Source of the DNA: a bacterium
Lineage (GTDB): Bacteria > UBP15 > UBA6099 > JAJRTR01
Assembly: GCA_024278215.1 (NCBI GenBank)
Contig: JAJRTR010000111.1
Coordinates: 1 to 64,000 of the forward strand
Reading direction: 5' to 3'
DNA: 64,000 nt
Shown: piece after piece, positions 8,012 through 17,042 of the stretch
Position numbering within the stretch: position 1 is the first letter of the stretch
Layout of the letters: every line of letters begins with the position of its first letter
Program-made: the position numbers and the translations under genes
Notes under the pieces: generated by a model
What the model was told of the DNA's origin: nothing
What the model saw: only the letters and a program-made list of their open reading frames with translations
The model's database searches: none

Positions 8012-10617
8012 CACAAAAAGAGATCAAAGAACTAATTTCCTCAAATCTGGAAAATGCTGGTTACAATTATGAAGAAGTTCGCGTGCAGTCTGATCGTTAT
8101 GGGGGCTGGAACATAGCAGTTATATCAGATGATCTGAATAAAGTTCCTTATGCTGAAAGGAAAAGAATTGCTATTGGAGATTTGGATAACAGAATAAAAA
8201 TAGAATGGCTGGACTTAATTACGACTGAAGAAAAAGAGTGGTCAGGAACATTACCCAACGACACACCACAACTTGAGCTACCCCTTTGGTCGGAAGCTCT
8301 GTCCCGAGAAGACACTACCGAAACGATTTTATTTCCTTCAGACCTTGATGATGATTTGCCGCCGCCGATTATTGGGACATTCTATTCATTGAAGGGAGGT
8401 GTTGGCCGCACGACGGCTCTCGCATACACCGCAAGTATACTCGCTTCCCTTAATAAAACAGTATTATGTGTCGATATGGACTTAGAAGCTCCCGGATTGA
8501 CTTCGATATTTGGGAAAGACAATGAATTGCGGGAAAATCAAGGCCTTGTTCATTTGTTATATGATATGGATAATGGAGAGAAACCTGACGTCAATAAGCA
8601 TATTATACGAATATCGGAAATGGACGAGCTTTACTGTTTGCCTTCAGGAATTCCCAATGCCGACTATGCAAGGAAACTCAGGTATATTGATCCCGAACAA
8701 TGGTATCGTGAAGACAGAAATCCAATGAGGGACCTTAAAACGATTCTTGCAGAGGAATTATCATTTAGACCCGATGTGATTCTTTTCGACGCGAGAACCG
8801 GAATCTCTTCGATCAATGCTCCCCTGCTTTTCGATCTTGCCGATATAGCATTTATTGTTTTTTATCCTCATCCACAATCAGAAACTGGATCAAAGGAATT
8901 GGTAAAAGCGCTTCTTAAGACAAAAACAATACGTGAATATGAAAAAAGATTAACTCCGGAACTTCGTTTTATTATTTCTCCATTGCCGGCCGGGTTGCCG
9001 AAAGAAGTCAACCAGAGATACCGAAATCGTACTTCGGCATGGATTTCAGATTGGCTGGCAACAACAGAAAAAACCGGAATAGCCTTGATTGATAATGAAG
9101 AAATCACACACTTCATCAATTACAATCAAGCTGTTGCAACAAGTGACAACATGCTGAACGACAACAGTGTGATAAACTGTTACGAGCCGGTTGCCGAATG
9201 GATCGAACGTTTCCTGCCTACAAAACGTGAGAAACAAATAAATAGTAGTCTTACCAACAAAGAGAACATCCTCAATGAACTTAAGTTTACATCAGGTATC
9301 GCAGAAGATCTCGAGAACCTTGAAGATGTATTCGTTGAAACTGAACTGGTCAATAAAGCTCTTATTCCCTCAAACTATCTCATCCTTGGCAGAAAAGGAA
9401 CCGGGAAGACAACTATCTTCAGATACATAAAGGAACACAAGAATAAAGAATCGATAGTTGTGCAATCACCCGCCAAACTCCGCGATGATTTAAAATGGAT
9501 ATTCAGCGCGGAGGAGTTTAAGAATATAGATAAAATCTTACAGGATAGTAATGAGAGCTGGCGTTCTTTCTGGGCAATATACACTGTACTGGCTTGTTAT
9601 TTGAACAGTGACAATTCAGCCGCATACGACACTGTCCCGAATGATTTCCGTAAAGTAATTCACGGAAAGATTAACAGCCGATTAACAATGTTCAAATGCA
9701 TCGAGGCTGTTCTCCGTATAAAACACACTGCTTTATCTGCTTCAGATTGGCTCGACAGAGTTGATTCCGGCACGACGAAAGAAACATACATTTTATATGA
9801 TGGGCTGGACAGCAGTTTTGGACATTCTGCTGATGAAAGGGAAAGGCGGCGTGCTGCTGTCGAGGGGCTTTTCTCCTTTGTTACAGATCGTGCGGCTTAC
9901 TTTAAAAATCTAAAATTCAAGGTTTTGTTAAGAGAAGATATATGGAGGAATCTTCAATTCGAGAATAAGAGCCATGTATATGGTAGTTCTGTGACAATTG
10001 CGTGGAAAGCAAAATATATATATCTGAAAGTATTAATAAAACAGGCACTCTTGTCTGAAGGATTCAGAGAAAGTGTTTACAAGATAATCAGCGAAAACAT
10101 TAATGATGATATTAACGAATGGGACGAAAGGAAAGTCTTCGATGCGTGGCATCTGCTTGTTGGTGAAAGAATGAGAGGAGGAAAAACCGCGTTTACTCAA
10201 AACTGGGTATGGAAAAGGTTGGCTGATGCAAACAATGATCATACTCCACGATCTTTGCTGCAACTTTTCAATCAAGCTAAAGGGACTGAGGTGGAAATGC
10301 AAAAAGAAACACCTTATACTAAAACAATTATTCGCCCCCGCGCTCTTATTGATTCTTTAGCTGAAGTGTCAAGTGAAGCAGTAAATGCAATCTCTGAAGA
10401 ATTTCCCGAACTACATGATTTTATTGAAAAACTGAAAAGAATAGCTCGGTCCCCTGTGGCCGCTGGTGAGTTAAAAGATTTTGACAACGAACTCAAGCTG
10501 GCACAGGAAGTCGGATTGATAGGCGCTTATGAAAAGATAGATGGCGAAACGACAAGATATAAAGTTCCCGATATCTACCTCTATGGTATAGAAATGACTC
10601 GCAAGGGACAGGCGTAA
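8008..10617 (+). CDS. Multidomain NTPase: BolA/MNT-like N-domain + ParA/MinD-type ATPase (KGGVGRT) + second P-loop NTPase with probable C-terminal winged helix
   Basis: ATG 8008 overlaps the HEPN stop (ATGA). Domain 1: TFYSLKGGVGRTT, VDMDLEAPG, LFDARTG. Domain 2: LILGRKGTGKTT, ILYDGLD, VLLREDIW, TPRSLLQLF. Confidence 0.85.
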   Translation: MTQKEIKELISSNLENAGYNYEEVRVQSDRYGGWNIAVISDDLNKVPYAERKRIAIGDLDNRIKIEWLDLITTEEKEWSGTLPNDTPQLELPLWSEALSREDTTETILFPSDLDDDLPPPIIGTFYSLKGGVGRTTALAYTASILASLNKTVLCVDMDLEAPGLTSIFGKDNELRENQGLVHLLYDMDNGEKPDVNKHIIRISEMDELYCLPSGIPNADYARKLRYIDPEQWYREDRNPMRDLKTILAEELSFRPDVILFDARTGISSINAPLLFDLADIAFIVFYPHPQSETGSKELVKALLKTKTIREYEKRLTPELRFIISPLPAGLPKEVNQRYRNRTSAWISDWLATTEKTGIALIDNEEITHFINYNQAVATSDNMLNDNSVINCYEPVAEWIERFLPTKREKQINSSLTNKENILNELKFTSGIAEDLENLEDVFVETELVNKALIPSNYLILGRKGTGKTTIFRYIKEHKNKESIVVQSPAKLRDDLKWIFSAEEFKNIDKILQDSNESWRSFWAIYTVLACYLNSDNSAAYDTVPNDFRKVIHGKINSRLTMFKCIEAVLRIKHTALSASDWLDRVDSGTTKETYILYDGLDSSFGHSADERERRRAAVEGLFSFVTDRAAYFKNLKFKVLLREDIWRNLQFENKSHVYGSSVTIAWKAKYIYLKVLIKQALLSEGFRESVYKIISENINDDINEWDERKVFDAWHLLVGERMRGGKTAFTQNWVWKRLADANNDHTPRSLLQLFNQAKGTEVEMQKETPYTKTIIRPRALIDSLAEVSSEAVNAISEEFPELHDFIEKLKRIARSPVAAGELKDFDNELKLAQEVGLIGAYEKIDGETTRYKVPDIYLYGIEMTRKGQA

Positions 10618-10732
10618 AGTTATACCGATTTACCTCTGGTGGTGGGTAGATATGGGCGAGTTTGCCATCTCTCCGCACAGCAGAAAAACACTGTCTTGCG
10701 ATCCAGACGTTCAAATATGCTTTTATGGTAAG

Positions 10733-11107
10733 TTAATCTTTGACCCAGTCGAGCGCGCCGCGTCGCCACACGTATATCAGGCCGACGAACAGTACGCCGA
10801 TGAAAACGAGTCCTTCAAGAAATATGAACGCGCCGAACATCTTGACGAATGTTTTGAACACTATCGCCCAGGGATAGAGGAAAATCGCCTCGATATCGAA
10901 TAACACAAACAGCATTGCCACGAGGTAGAACTTGACGGAAAACCGGGCCGGGACACCGGTATACGGGTCGACGCCGCATTCGTATACGGACAGCTTGACA
11001 TCGTCCGGTTTCTTCGGGCCGATCATGTGTGTCATCATCACAAGAACTACGGCAAAACCGATCACAAAGAGCAACTGCATCAGGATCGGAATATAATCTA
11101 CAGGCAT
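10733..11107 (-). CDS. nuoA: NADH-quinone oxidoreductase subunit A
   Basis: KLSVYECG, RFSVKFYLVAMLFVLFDIEAIFLYPWA, WRRGALDW; GGAGG RBS upstream. Confidence 0.95.
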   Translation of the reverse strand: MPVDYIPILMQLLFVIGFAVVLVMMTHMIGPKKPDDVKLSVYECGVDPYTGVPARFSVKFYLVAMLFVLFDIEAIFLYPWAIVFKTFVKMFGAFIFLEGLVFIGVLFVGLIYVWRRGALDWVKD

Positions 11108-11148
11108 GACTATTCCTCCAGTCGAATAATGTTGCTGTCAACCTGTAT

Positions 11149-11176
11149 ATCTTAGCATAATCATGCTGTAAATCAA
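11149..11176 (-). promoter_or_regulatory. Putative sigma70 promoter of nuoA
   Basis: Minus strand reads TTGATT-N16-TAAGAT, with a TG in the extended -10 position. Confidence 0.45.
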
Positions 11177-11284
11177 GGGCGGAAATGCGGGAGTCTGTTT
11201 TTTCCGAAATTCAGTTACACGAACGAGCCGGTCGGCCTGACGCCAACTATGCTCCAGGTGAGTGCGGCTCTGTGCCTGGCACAC

Positions 11285-11322
11285 AAATAAAAACCCCCGG
11301 AGAGAAAAAATACTCCGGGGGT
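11285..11322 (-). terminator. Intrinsic terminator after the SLH/porin gene
   Basis: Perfect 10-bp stem ACCCCCGGAG/CTCCGGGGGT followed by a U-rich tract on the minus strand. Confidence 0.8.
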
Positions 11323-11347
11323 AGATATTCCGACAAAAAACTGCCGA

Positions 11348-12997
11348 TCAGAAATTGATCAGGAGTTCGCCCCGTACTCTGTTGAGGAGAATGGGGTCTT
11401 TGCCCTGCTGCGCATATTCGACACGTACGGAAGAATTGTCGTTGATGGGCTTGGTGATCGAAAGAGCGCCGAAGCCGGGATAATCTTCACCGTCGAGATT
11501 TGCAATTGTGCTTGAGCTGCCGCCGGCGAAGTTGCCGATGAAGCCCTTGGCGGCGAGTTCCACGTCGCCCAGGACAATGTAGCTGGCTTCAACACCGAGA
11601 CCTTCGAAGCCTGCCGGGAAAAGCATACGACCGGATTCGTAGGAATAGCAGTTTGTGGGTTTGACATCCAGACCGATGGGGCATGTGTTGTCATATTCCG
11701 TGAAGGGATTGACATCCATGCTGCTCAACGAGACTGCCGCGGGAAGGTCCGCGTAGGACAGTGTCAGACCAGCCCTGCTGTTCTTGTAAACATCCAGACC
11801 GATGATGAAGCTGTAGTCGTCTTCTGTGCCGGTGGGTGACGAACCGTCGATCTTGTCTGTGACCGTCATGTATTCGCCTCTTACCTCTGTGAGGAAGGGT
11901 GATTCTGTCAGCAGCGGGGCGACAATGTCCGCACCCCAGCCTTTTTCCGCTTCAATACCGTTTATGAGGTAATTGAAACCGAGGTCGATCCACGGAAGAT
12001 CGATGTCGACCCTCGCCGCGCCGTAGGGATCTTTTCCTGCGGACCCGAGGCCCTGTGAACCATTGGTAAACAGTGAGTCCATGCGGGCGAGTCCGCCGAT
12101 ACCTGTTATTGTTACGAGGTCCTTTGAAACAACGCCCATGACGGCGGGAATGGAAGTTACGCCTGTGTTGTCGACGAGCATGCCATAGGGACCGAATGCG
12201 AAGGCCTGGTATCCTGTGCGGAGATTCAGGTTGTCGAGTTCGCGCACCATCGACGAGAAGTCCGTATCAACGTATGCATGGTTGATAACCAGTTCACCTG
12301 TGTCGTCTCCCGGTGTCTGATCATAGCCGAGGGGCGAGGTGCGGATACTCTTGTCGAACCCGATCGAGAAATCGACATCCATACCGGCCTGGCCGGTGAT
12401 TGTGATCGAAGGCAGCATTTCATAGCCTGCCGCGAGATTACCTGATGTGGCTGTCGAGCCGAAAATGTTCAGATAATCGTTTACAAACGATGTCGATGAA
12501 AGGTCCGTGTTGGGGATATCAAGTCTCTGTCTTACGCTACCCGAAATCTGGATGTTGCCGAAGCGGTTTGCCCGGACATCTTCTTCGAGTGCTGCTATCT
12601 TTGTCGAGTTTTCGTCGATCTTGACCTTCAGCGCCGCGATTTCATCCTTAAATTCCGCCGCGAGCTTCTTGATGATGGTCTTCACTTCTTCAAGGTCTTC
12701 CGGAGCCAGACTGACCGTCTGTCCGCTTGCATCTTTGCATTCGCTTTTTGTGCAATACGTCTTGTCGATGAGATTCATCATTCTCTCGACCACGAGTGCA
12801 TATTCATAGCGGCTTAGATTCCGGTCGCCTTTGAATGTTCCGTCGGGATAGCCTTTGATCATGCCGGAGTCAACGAGTTTCTGAACTGCGTCTTCCGCCC
12901 AGTGTCCGCTCGGGACATCTACCAGCGCTGCCGAGTACGACATCTGCGCCAGGCCAAATACCATTCCGATTACTACCAGAAAGAAAATTTTCTTCAT
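11348..12997 (-). CDS. SLH domain + coiled coil + beta-barrel outer-membrane protein (OmpM/SlpA-like)
   Basis: Signal peptide MKKIFFLVV...; SLH DVPSGHWAEDAVQKLVDSGMIKGYPDGTFKGDRNLSRYE; coiled coil IKKLAAEFKDEIAALKVKID; amphipathic beta-strands and a terminal Phe (GELLINF). GGAGG RBS before ATG 12997. Confidence 0.85.
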   Translation of the reverse strand: MKKIFFLVVIGMVFGLAQMSYSAALVDVPSGHWAEDAVQKLVDSGMIKGYPDGTFKGDRNLSRYEYALVVERMMNLIDKTYCTKSECKDASGQTVSLAPEDLEEVKTIIKKLAAEFKDEIAALKVKIDENSTKIAALEEDVRANRFGNIQISGSVRQRLDIPNTDLSSTSFVNDYLNIFGSTATSGNLAAGYEMLPSITITGQAGMDVDFSIGFDKSIRTSPLGYDQTPGDDTGELVINHAYVDTDFSSMVRELDNLNLRTGYQAFAFGPYGMLVDNTGVTSIPAVMGVVSKDLVTITGIGGLARMDSLFTNGSQGLGSAGKDPYGAARVDIDLPWIDLGFNYLINGIEAEKGWGADIVAPLLTESPFLTEVRGEYMTVTDKIDGSSPTGTEDDYSFIIGLDVYKNSRAGLTLSYADLPAAVSLSSMDVNPFTEYDNTCPIGLDVKPTNCYSYESGRMLFPAGFEGLGVEASYIVLGDVELAAKGFIGNFAGGSSSTIANLDGEDYPGFGALSITKPINDNSSVRVEYAQQGKDPILLNRVRGELLINF

Positions 12998-13483
12998 GTA
13001 CAACCTCCCTGGAAAATCTGTGCTTTTTGGGAACTCTGCGAGTCTTCGCTTGTGAAAGTATCCAAGTTTCCTTTCCCTGCTCCAACTCGCTTCGTTCACT
13101 TTTACTGAGTTCTTTATCGGCTCCCGTTCCAAGGATTTACACCTCCTCCCGTGGGCTATTGCCGTTTTATTCAGCAAAAGAAATTCTTTAAATATTTTTA
13201 ATCATAATATTATATACATTTTATCTTCTTTTTGTACTCCAGCCTTTTCTTGTATCCTTGCGATTTTCTTATATATTAGGCCAAATACAAAAAATAAGCG
13301 CATAGTTCGGCTCTAAACGTGTTTTTTCTTCTATTATCGCTATATTTCGCAACATATATATATAAATACTTCTGTGCTATTATTATATTATCCAGTGTAT
13401 TGCCTGTTTTTTGCTCTTTTGCTCAAAACATTTAAGTAAAATCACTGCACAAAATAATTGCTGTTATTCACGGAGGTCGCGCG

Positions 13484-14713
13484 ATGTCCACAAGAAATTC
13501 CGACAATGACAACCCATTCTTCGCCCCCTTCGACCCGTCCAGATGCGTTTCATGCGGGCACTGCCTCAATGAGTGCCCCGTTATGAAACTTCCGCTTCCT
13601 CTGGCGAAGAGGGAAATGAAGGCTCTCAAATCCGGCAAAAAAGGTTCTTTCGTCCTATCCTGGTGCGAGACCTGTATGGCCTGTAATCTTATCTGTCCCG
13701 AAAGTGCAAACCCGGCTATGCTGTTTATCGAAAAATTCTACGAATTCCACAAAGAACGTGCTTTCCCTGAATGGTCACTCTATTTTCAACCGCATAACAC
13801 GCCGAATTTCAGGACAAAAGTTATCGAAAAGCTTCCGACCGATGAAAAAACGATGCTCGACGACTGGAGCGATATGTCCGCTTGCGACGAATTCACTTAT
13901 CCGGGCTGCAATATGTGTGCTACCCCGTATCTGACCCGTAATAATTTCATGGAAGACCTGAACATTCGCGGCGGAATCGAGTATTGTTGCGGAGAGATGT
14001 ATTTCAGGACGGGACAACTCGATAAGCTCAGGCAATCTGCCGCAAGGCTGAACCGGTTTCTCGAAACACTCGGCGCATCGAAGATGATGGTGCTTTGCAC
14101 GGCAGGCTACAACCTTTTCACCAATGTTCTGCCCCGTTACGGACTCGTTTCAGATGTCGAAATAACATCATATCTGCCCTGGCTGCTGGCGAAGATCGAA
14201 GCAGAAGAAATAAAGGTCAAAAGACCGCTGGAAATGAGCGTAACAATACAGGATTCATGCCATTCCAAGGCGCTTGGCGACGAATATGTGGAAATACCGC
14301 GCAGGATTCTCGAAAAAATCGGTGGCGAAGTCAAAGAAATGAAGCACTCGAAAGAAATGAATTACTGTTGCGGCATCGGCGGTGGTTTTCCGGCTCGAAA
14401 ATCGTTCCATCCGCTTGCGATAACCGCCTCTACAGGCAGAGTGATGCTCGAAGCGAATCTGACACAGGCCGACGCGATAATGGCATATTGCTCGGGCTGT
14501 CTCCAGACGCTTTCCACAATGGCAGCTATCTTGCCCGTTTCTAAACCGATATATCACATACTCGAACTCGTCCAGATTGCTGCTGGAGAAAAGCCTCTCA
14601 GACGGAATATTGAACGGGGAAAACAACTACTCAAAGGTATGATAGTAAACCAGGTGCCGAAGATATTCAGTCTGAATCGTGTGTCTGTCCCCGATATTCC
14701 CGAAGAGGTATAA
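13484..14713 (+). CDS. Fe-S oxidoreductase with 2x[4Fe-4S] and two CCG domains (HdrD/GlpC-like)
   Basis: CVSCGHCLNECP, CETCMACNLICP, YCCGEM, QDSCH, YCCGIGGG, CSGC. Confidence 0.88.
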   Translation: MSTRNSDNDNPFFAPFDPSRCVSCGHCLNECPVMKLPLPLAKREMKALKSGKKGSFVLSWCETCMACNLICPESANPAMLFIEKFYEFHKERAFPEWSLYFQPHNTPNFRTKVIEKLPTDEKTMLDDWSDMSACDEFTYPGCNMCATPYLTRNNFMEDLNIRGGIEYCCGEMYFRTGQLDKLRQSAARLNRFLETLGASKMMVLCTAGYNLFTNVLPRYGLVSDVEITSYLPWLLAKIEAEEIKVKRPLEMSVTIQDSCHSKALGDEYVEIPRRILEKIGGEVKEMKHSKEMNYCCGIGGGFPARKSFHPLAITASTGRVMLEANLTQADAIMAYCSGCLQTLSTMAAILPVSKPIYHILELVQIAAGEKPLRRNIERGKQLLKGMIVNQVPKIFSLNRVSVPDIPEEV

Positions 14714-15012
14714 AATAGATAGTGCCTGAATGGAAACCCCAATCCAGTGAAGCCGGAACCAAAAAGGTTGTGTTTTCGTGCCCAAACAAATACGGTTTGA
14801 GCACGGCACACAGAGTTTCTTCGTTTCCAGTGTATAGTAACACCTGGAACGGAAAAGCTCCTGCGTCCACCGATCTCTTTTCAGCATTTCTTTACCAGTC
14901 TGCGTAGCATTTCAGTCGTAAGATGTTAAAAGGACTATATCATTTAATAATGCGCCATATTCGTAATAGCATTTTGAAAAGTGGTTGAGCAAAAAACTGC
15001 TCCGTTAAGCCA

Positions 15013-16221
15013 CTATATCACCTTTTTGGAGCGCAGGGCGGCTATCCGGTCGTCGGGGAGTCCGAGCCATTCGCGGAGCACTTCGTCCGTGTGTTCGCCC
15101 AGGTGCGGACATGCGCTGTTTATCCCGCCCGGCGCCGCACTGTGCCTGATCGGGTCGCCCGGCACGGCGATTGTTCCAAACTCGCTGTCCTCGACTTCCG
15201 TTATCATTCCGCGCTCTTTAAGATGCTCCGATTCGTTTACCATATCGAAATCGGCAACCGGTGCGCAGGGCACTTTTTTCTTCTCGAGTATCGCGGCGAC
15301 TTCTTCCACCGTGTGAGCTTTCACCCACGGTGCGATGATGTCGAGCCCCGCCGCCGCGTTCTGGACGCGTGTGAGGAAATTGAAGTAGCGGGCGTCGTCG
15401 AGCGTGTCCTCCCGCCCGACCGCTTCCATGAGATGTTTCCACTCGCGGTCCGTTAGTGCCACGATCACAATGTATCCGTCTTTCGCCTCGTAGCTGTTCC
15501 AGAACGGCAACGGTTTGTCGTCGTCTGTGAGGAGGTTGCTTAGTGAGGCCCCGAGCAGCTTCTCGACTTCCTCCTTCACCGGCGCTATGGCGTTGTCGCT
15601 GAAACACGAGAAGTTCTGGAAATACATTACATCCTGCATGGATATGTCGACGAGCTGGCCCCTGCCCGTGCGCTCGCGGTAGAAGAGCGCCTCGACAGCG
15701 CCGAGGGCGGCATACGCGCCGCTGACGAGGTCGCCGAAGTACACTTTCGGCGTGCGCCACGGCTGCCTGTATGCGTGCATGATGCCCGCGCTTGCCTGGG
15801 CGACGATGTCGAAAGCCGTGCGACCGCTCAGCGGGCCGGTGCGGCCGTAGCCGGAGATGGTCACATACACCAGCCCTGGATTCGACTCCTTGAGTGTGTC
15901 GTAGTCGAGGCCGAGATTATTCATGAGGCCGGGAGCGAAGTTCTCGACAAGCACGTCACATTCGGCGGCGAGTTTTTTCAGCAGATCGATCCCTTCGGGC
16001 TTTTTGAAGTCGATGGTGATGCCGCGTTTGTTCTGGTGTATCGTGCTCATCATCCGCTCGGAGCGCATCAGGCGGCAGAGCACACGCATCGTTTCGCCGA
16101 TGGGCGGCTCGATTTTCACGACATCCGCGCCCTTGAGCGCAAGCAGTTGCGAGCAGCGCGGCCCGCTCAGGAACTGCGACAGGTCCAGCACTTTTATTCC
16201 TTCGAGTATCTTCTGCGTCAT
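15013..16221 (-). CDS. Family III CoA transferase (CaiB/BaiF)
   Basis: LEGIKVLDLSQFLSGP, GADVVKIE, NKRGITID, DVLVENF, catalytic Asp in YFGDLVSG, PHLGEHTDEVL. Confidence 0.93.
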   Translation of the reverse strand: MTQKILEGIKVLDLSQFLSGPRCSQLLALKGADVVKIEPPIGETMRVLCRLMRSERMMSTIHQNKRGITIDFKKPEGIDLLKKLAAECDVLVENFAPGLMNNLGLDYDTLKESNPGLVYVTISGYGRTGPLSGRTAFDIVAQASAGIMHAYRQPWRTPKVYFGDLVSGAYAALGAVEALFYRERTGRGQLVDISMQDVMYFQNFSCFSDNAIAPVKEEVEKLLGASLSNLLTDDDKPLPFWNSYEAKDGYIVIVALTDREWKHLMEAVGREDTLDDARYFNFLTRVQNAAAGLDIIAPWVKAHTVEEVAAILEKKKVPCAPVADFDMVNESEHLKERGMITEVEDSEFGTIAVPGDPIRHSAAPGGINSACPHLGEHTDEVLREWLGLPDDRIAALRSKKVI

Positions 16222-16251
16222 GATGTTGAAGTCCTCCGTGAATTCCGGCAG

Positions 16252-16953
16252 TCACTTTCCCGTTTTCAGCACTTGCGCGAGCCTGTCTATTACATGCTGT
16301 TCGAGGTCGCGCCTGCGGAGCGCGTCGACTGTCGCGTCGATGTCGTATTCGATGCGGTGGAAGGTGATCTCGCCGTCGTCCCATAGCGCGAAACCCGCGC
16401 GCGGGTCGCCGTCACGGGGCTGGCCAACGCTGCCCGGGTTGACAAAACGCACCCCGGCGACCGTTCTGTCCATCTGAAAATGAGTGTGCCCCAGCAGCAC
16501 AAGTTCCGTGTCGACTTTCTCCGCCTCCGCGGCGAGTACATCCGCGGGCGTGTCCGGCCTGATGTACTTGAACAGCGTGTCCGACGGTGCCGCGTGCGCC
16601 GCGTAAGCCGGTCGACCGCCCAGGTCGATTTCCTCTTCAGGCCTGAACGCGCGCAGGTACTCGTAATCCGACTCGTCGAGTATCTTCCACATCAGTTCCC
16701 GCGTCGCCACGGAAAACGGGTGAAACGCCTGTCCGCACCGGCAGTCGACACGTGTCAGCACAGCGTTGTCGTGGTTGCCGCGCAGCGACATCCGGCCATG
16801 CCCGCGCAGCCACTCGATGCACTCGCGCGGCTGCGGGCCGTAGTCCACCACATCGCCGAGAAACAGGACGGTATCCACATCGCCCGCCGCCTTTTCGACA
16901 GCCCGCAGTGCTTCGATATTTCCATGTATGTCGGATACGATAAGAGCCTTCAT
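16252..16953 (-). CDS. Calcineurin-like metallophosphoesterase (YfcE-like)
   Basis: SDIHGN, LGDVVDYG, RGNHD, GHTH, NPGSVGQPRDG; ATG 16953 with a GGAGG RBS. Confidence 0.92.
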   Translation of the reverse strand: MKALIVSDIHGNIEALRAVEKAAGDVDTVLFLGDVVDYGPQPRECIEWLRGHGRMSLRGNHDNAVLTRVDCRCGQAFHPFSVATRELMWKILDESDYEYLRAFRPEEEIDLGGRPAYAAHAAPSDTLFKYIRPDTPADVLAAEAEKVDTELVLLGHTHFQMDRTVAGVRFVNPGSVGQPRDGDPRAGFALWDDGEITFHRIEYDIDATVDALRRRDLEQHVIDRLAQVLKTGK

Positions 16954-17042
16954 AAAACGCCTCCGCTGTTGCTGAAATTGAAATTGTGGGTTTATGCTAT
17001 AATGAAACACGGAATAACGCAAGAAAAAGTGGGGGTCCGCAG

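Noticed and set aside
8350-9240. ParA domain as a chromosome or plasmid partitioning system
   Set aside because: It is fused inside a larger NTPase, has a deviant Walker A, and has no adjacent ParB or visible parS array.
14720-14900. GTGCCTGAATGGAAACCC and ACACCTGGAACGGAAAAG as IS-like ends
   Set aside because: Short and degenerate, with no matching inverted end or long second copy in the window.
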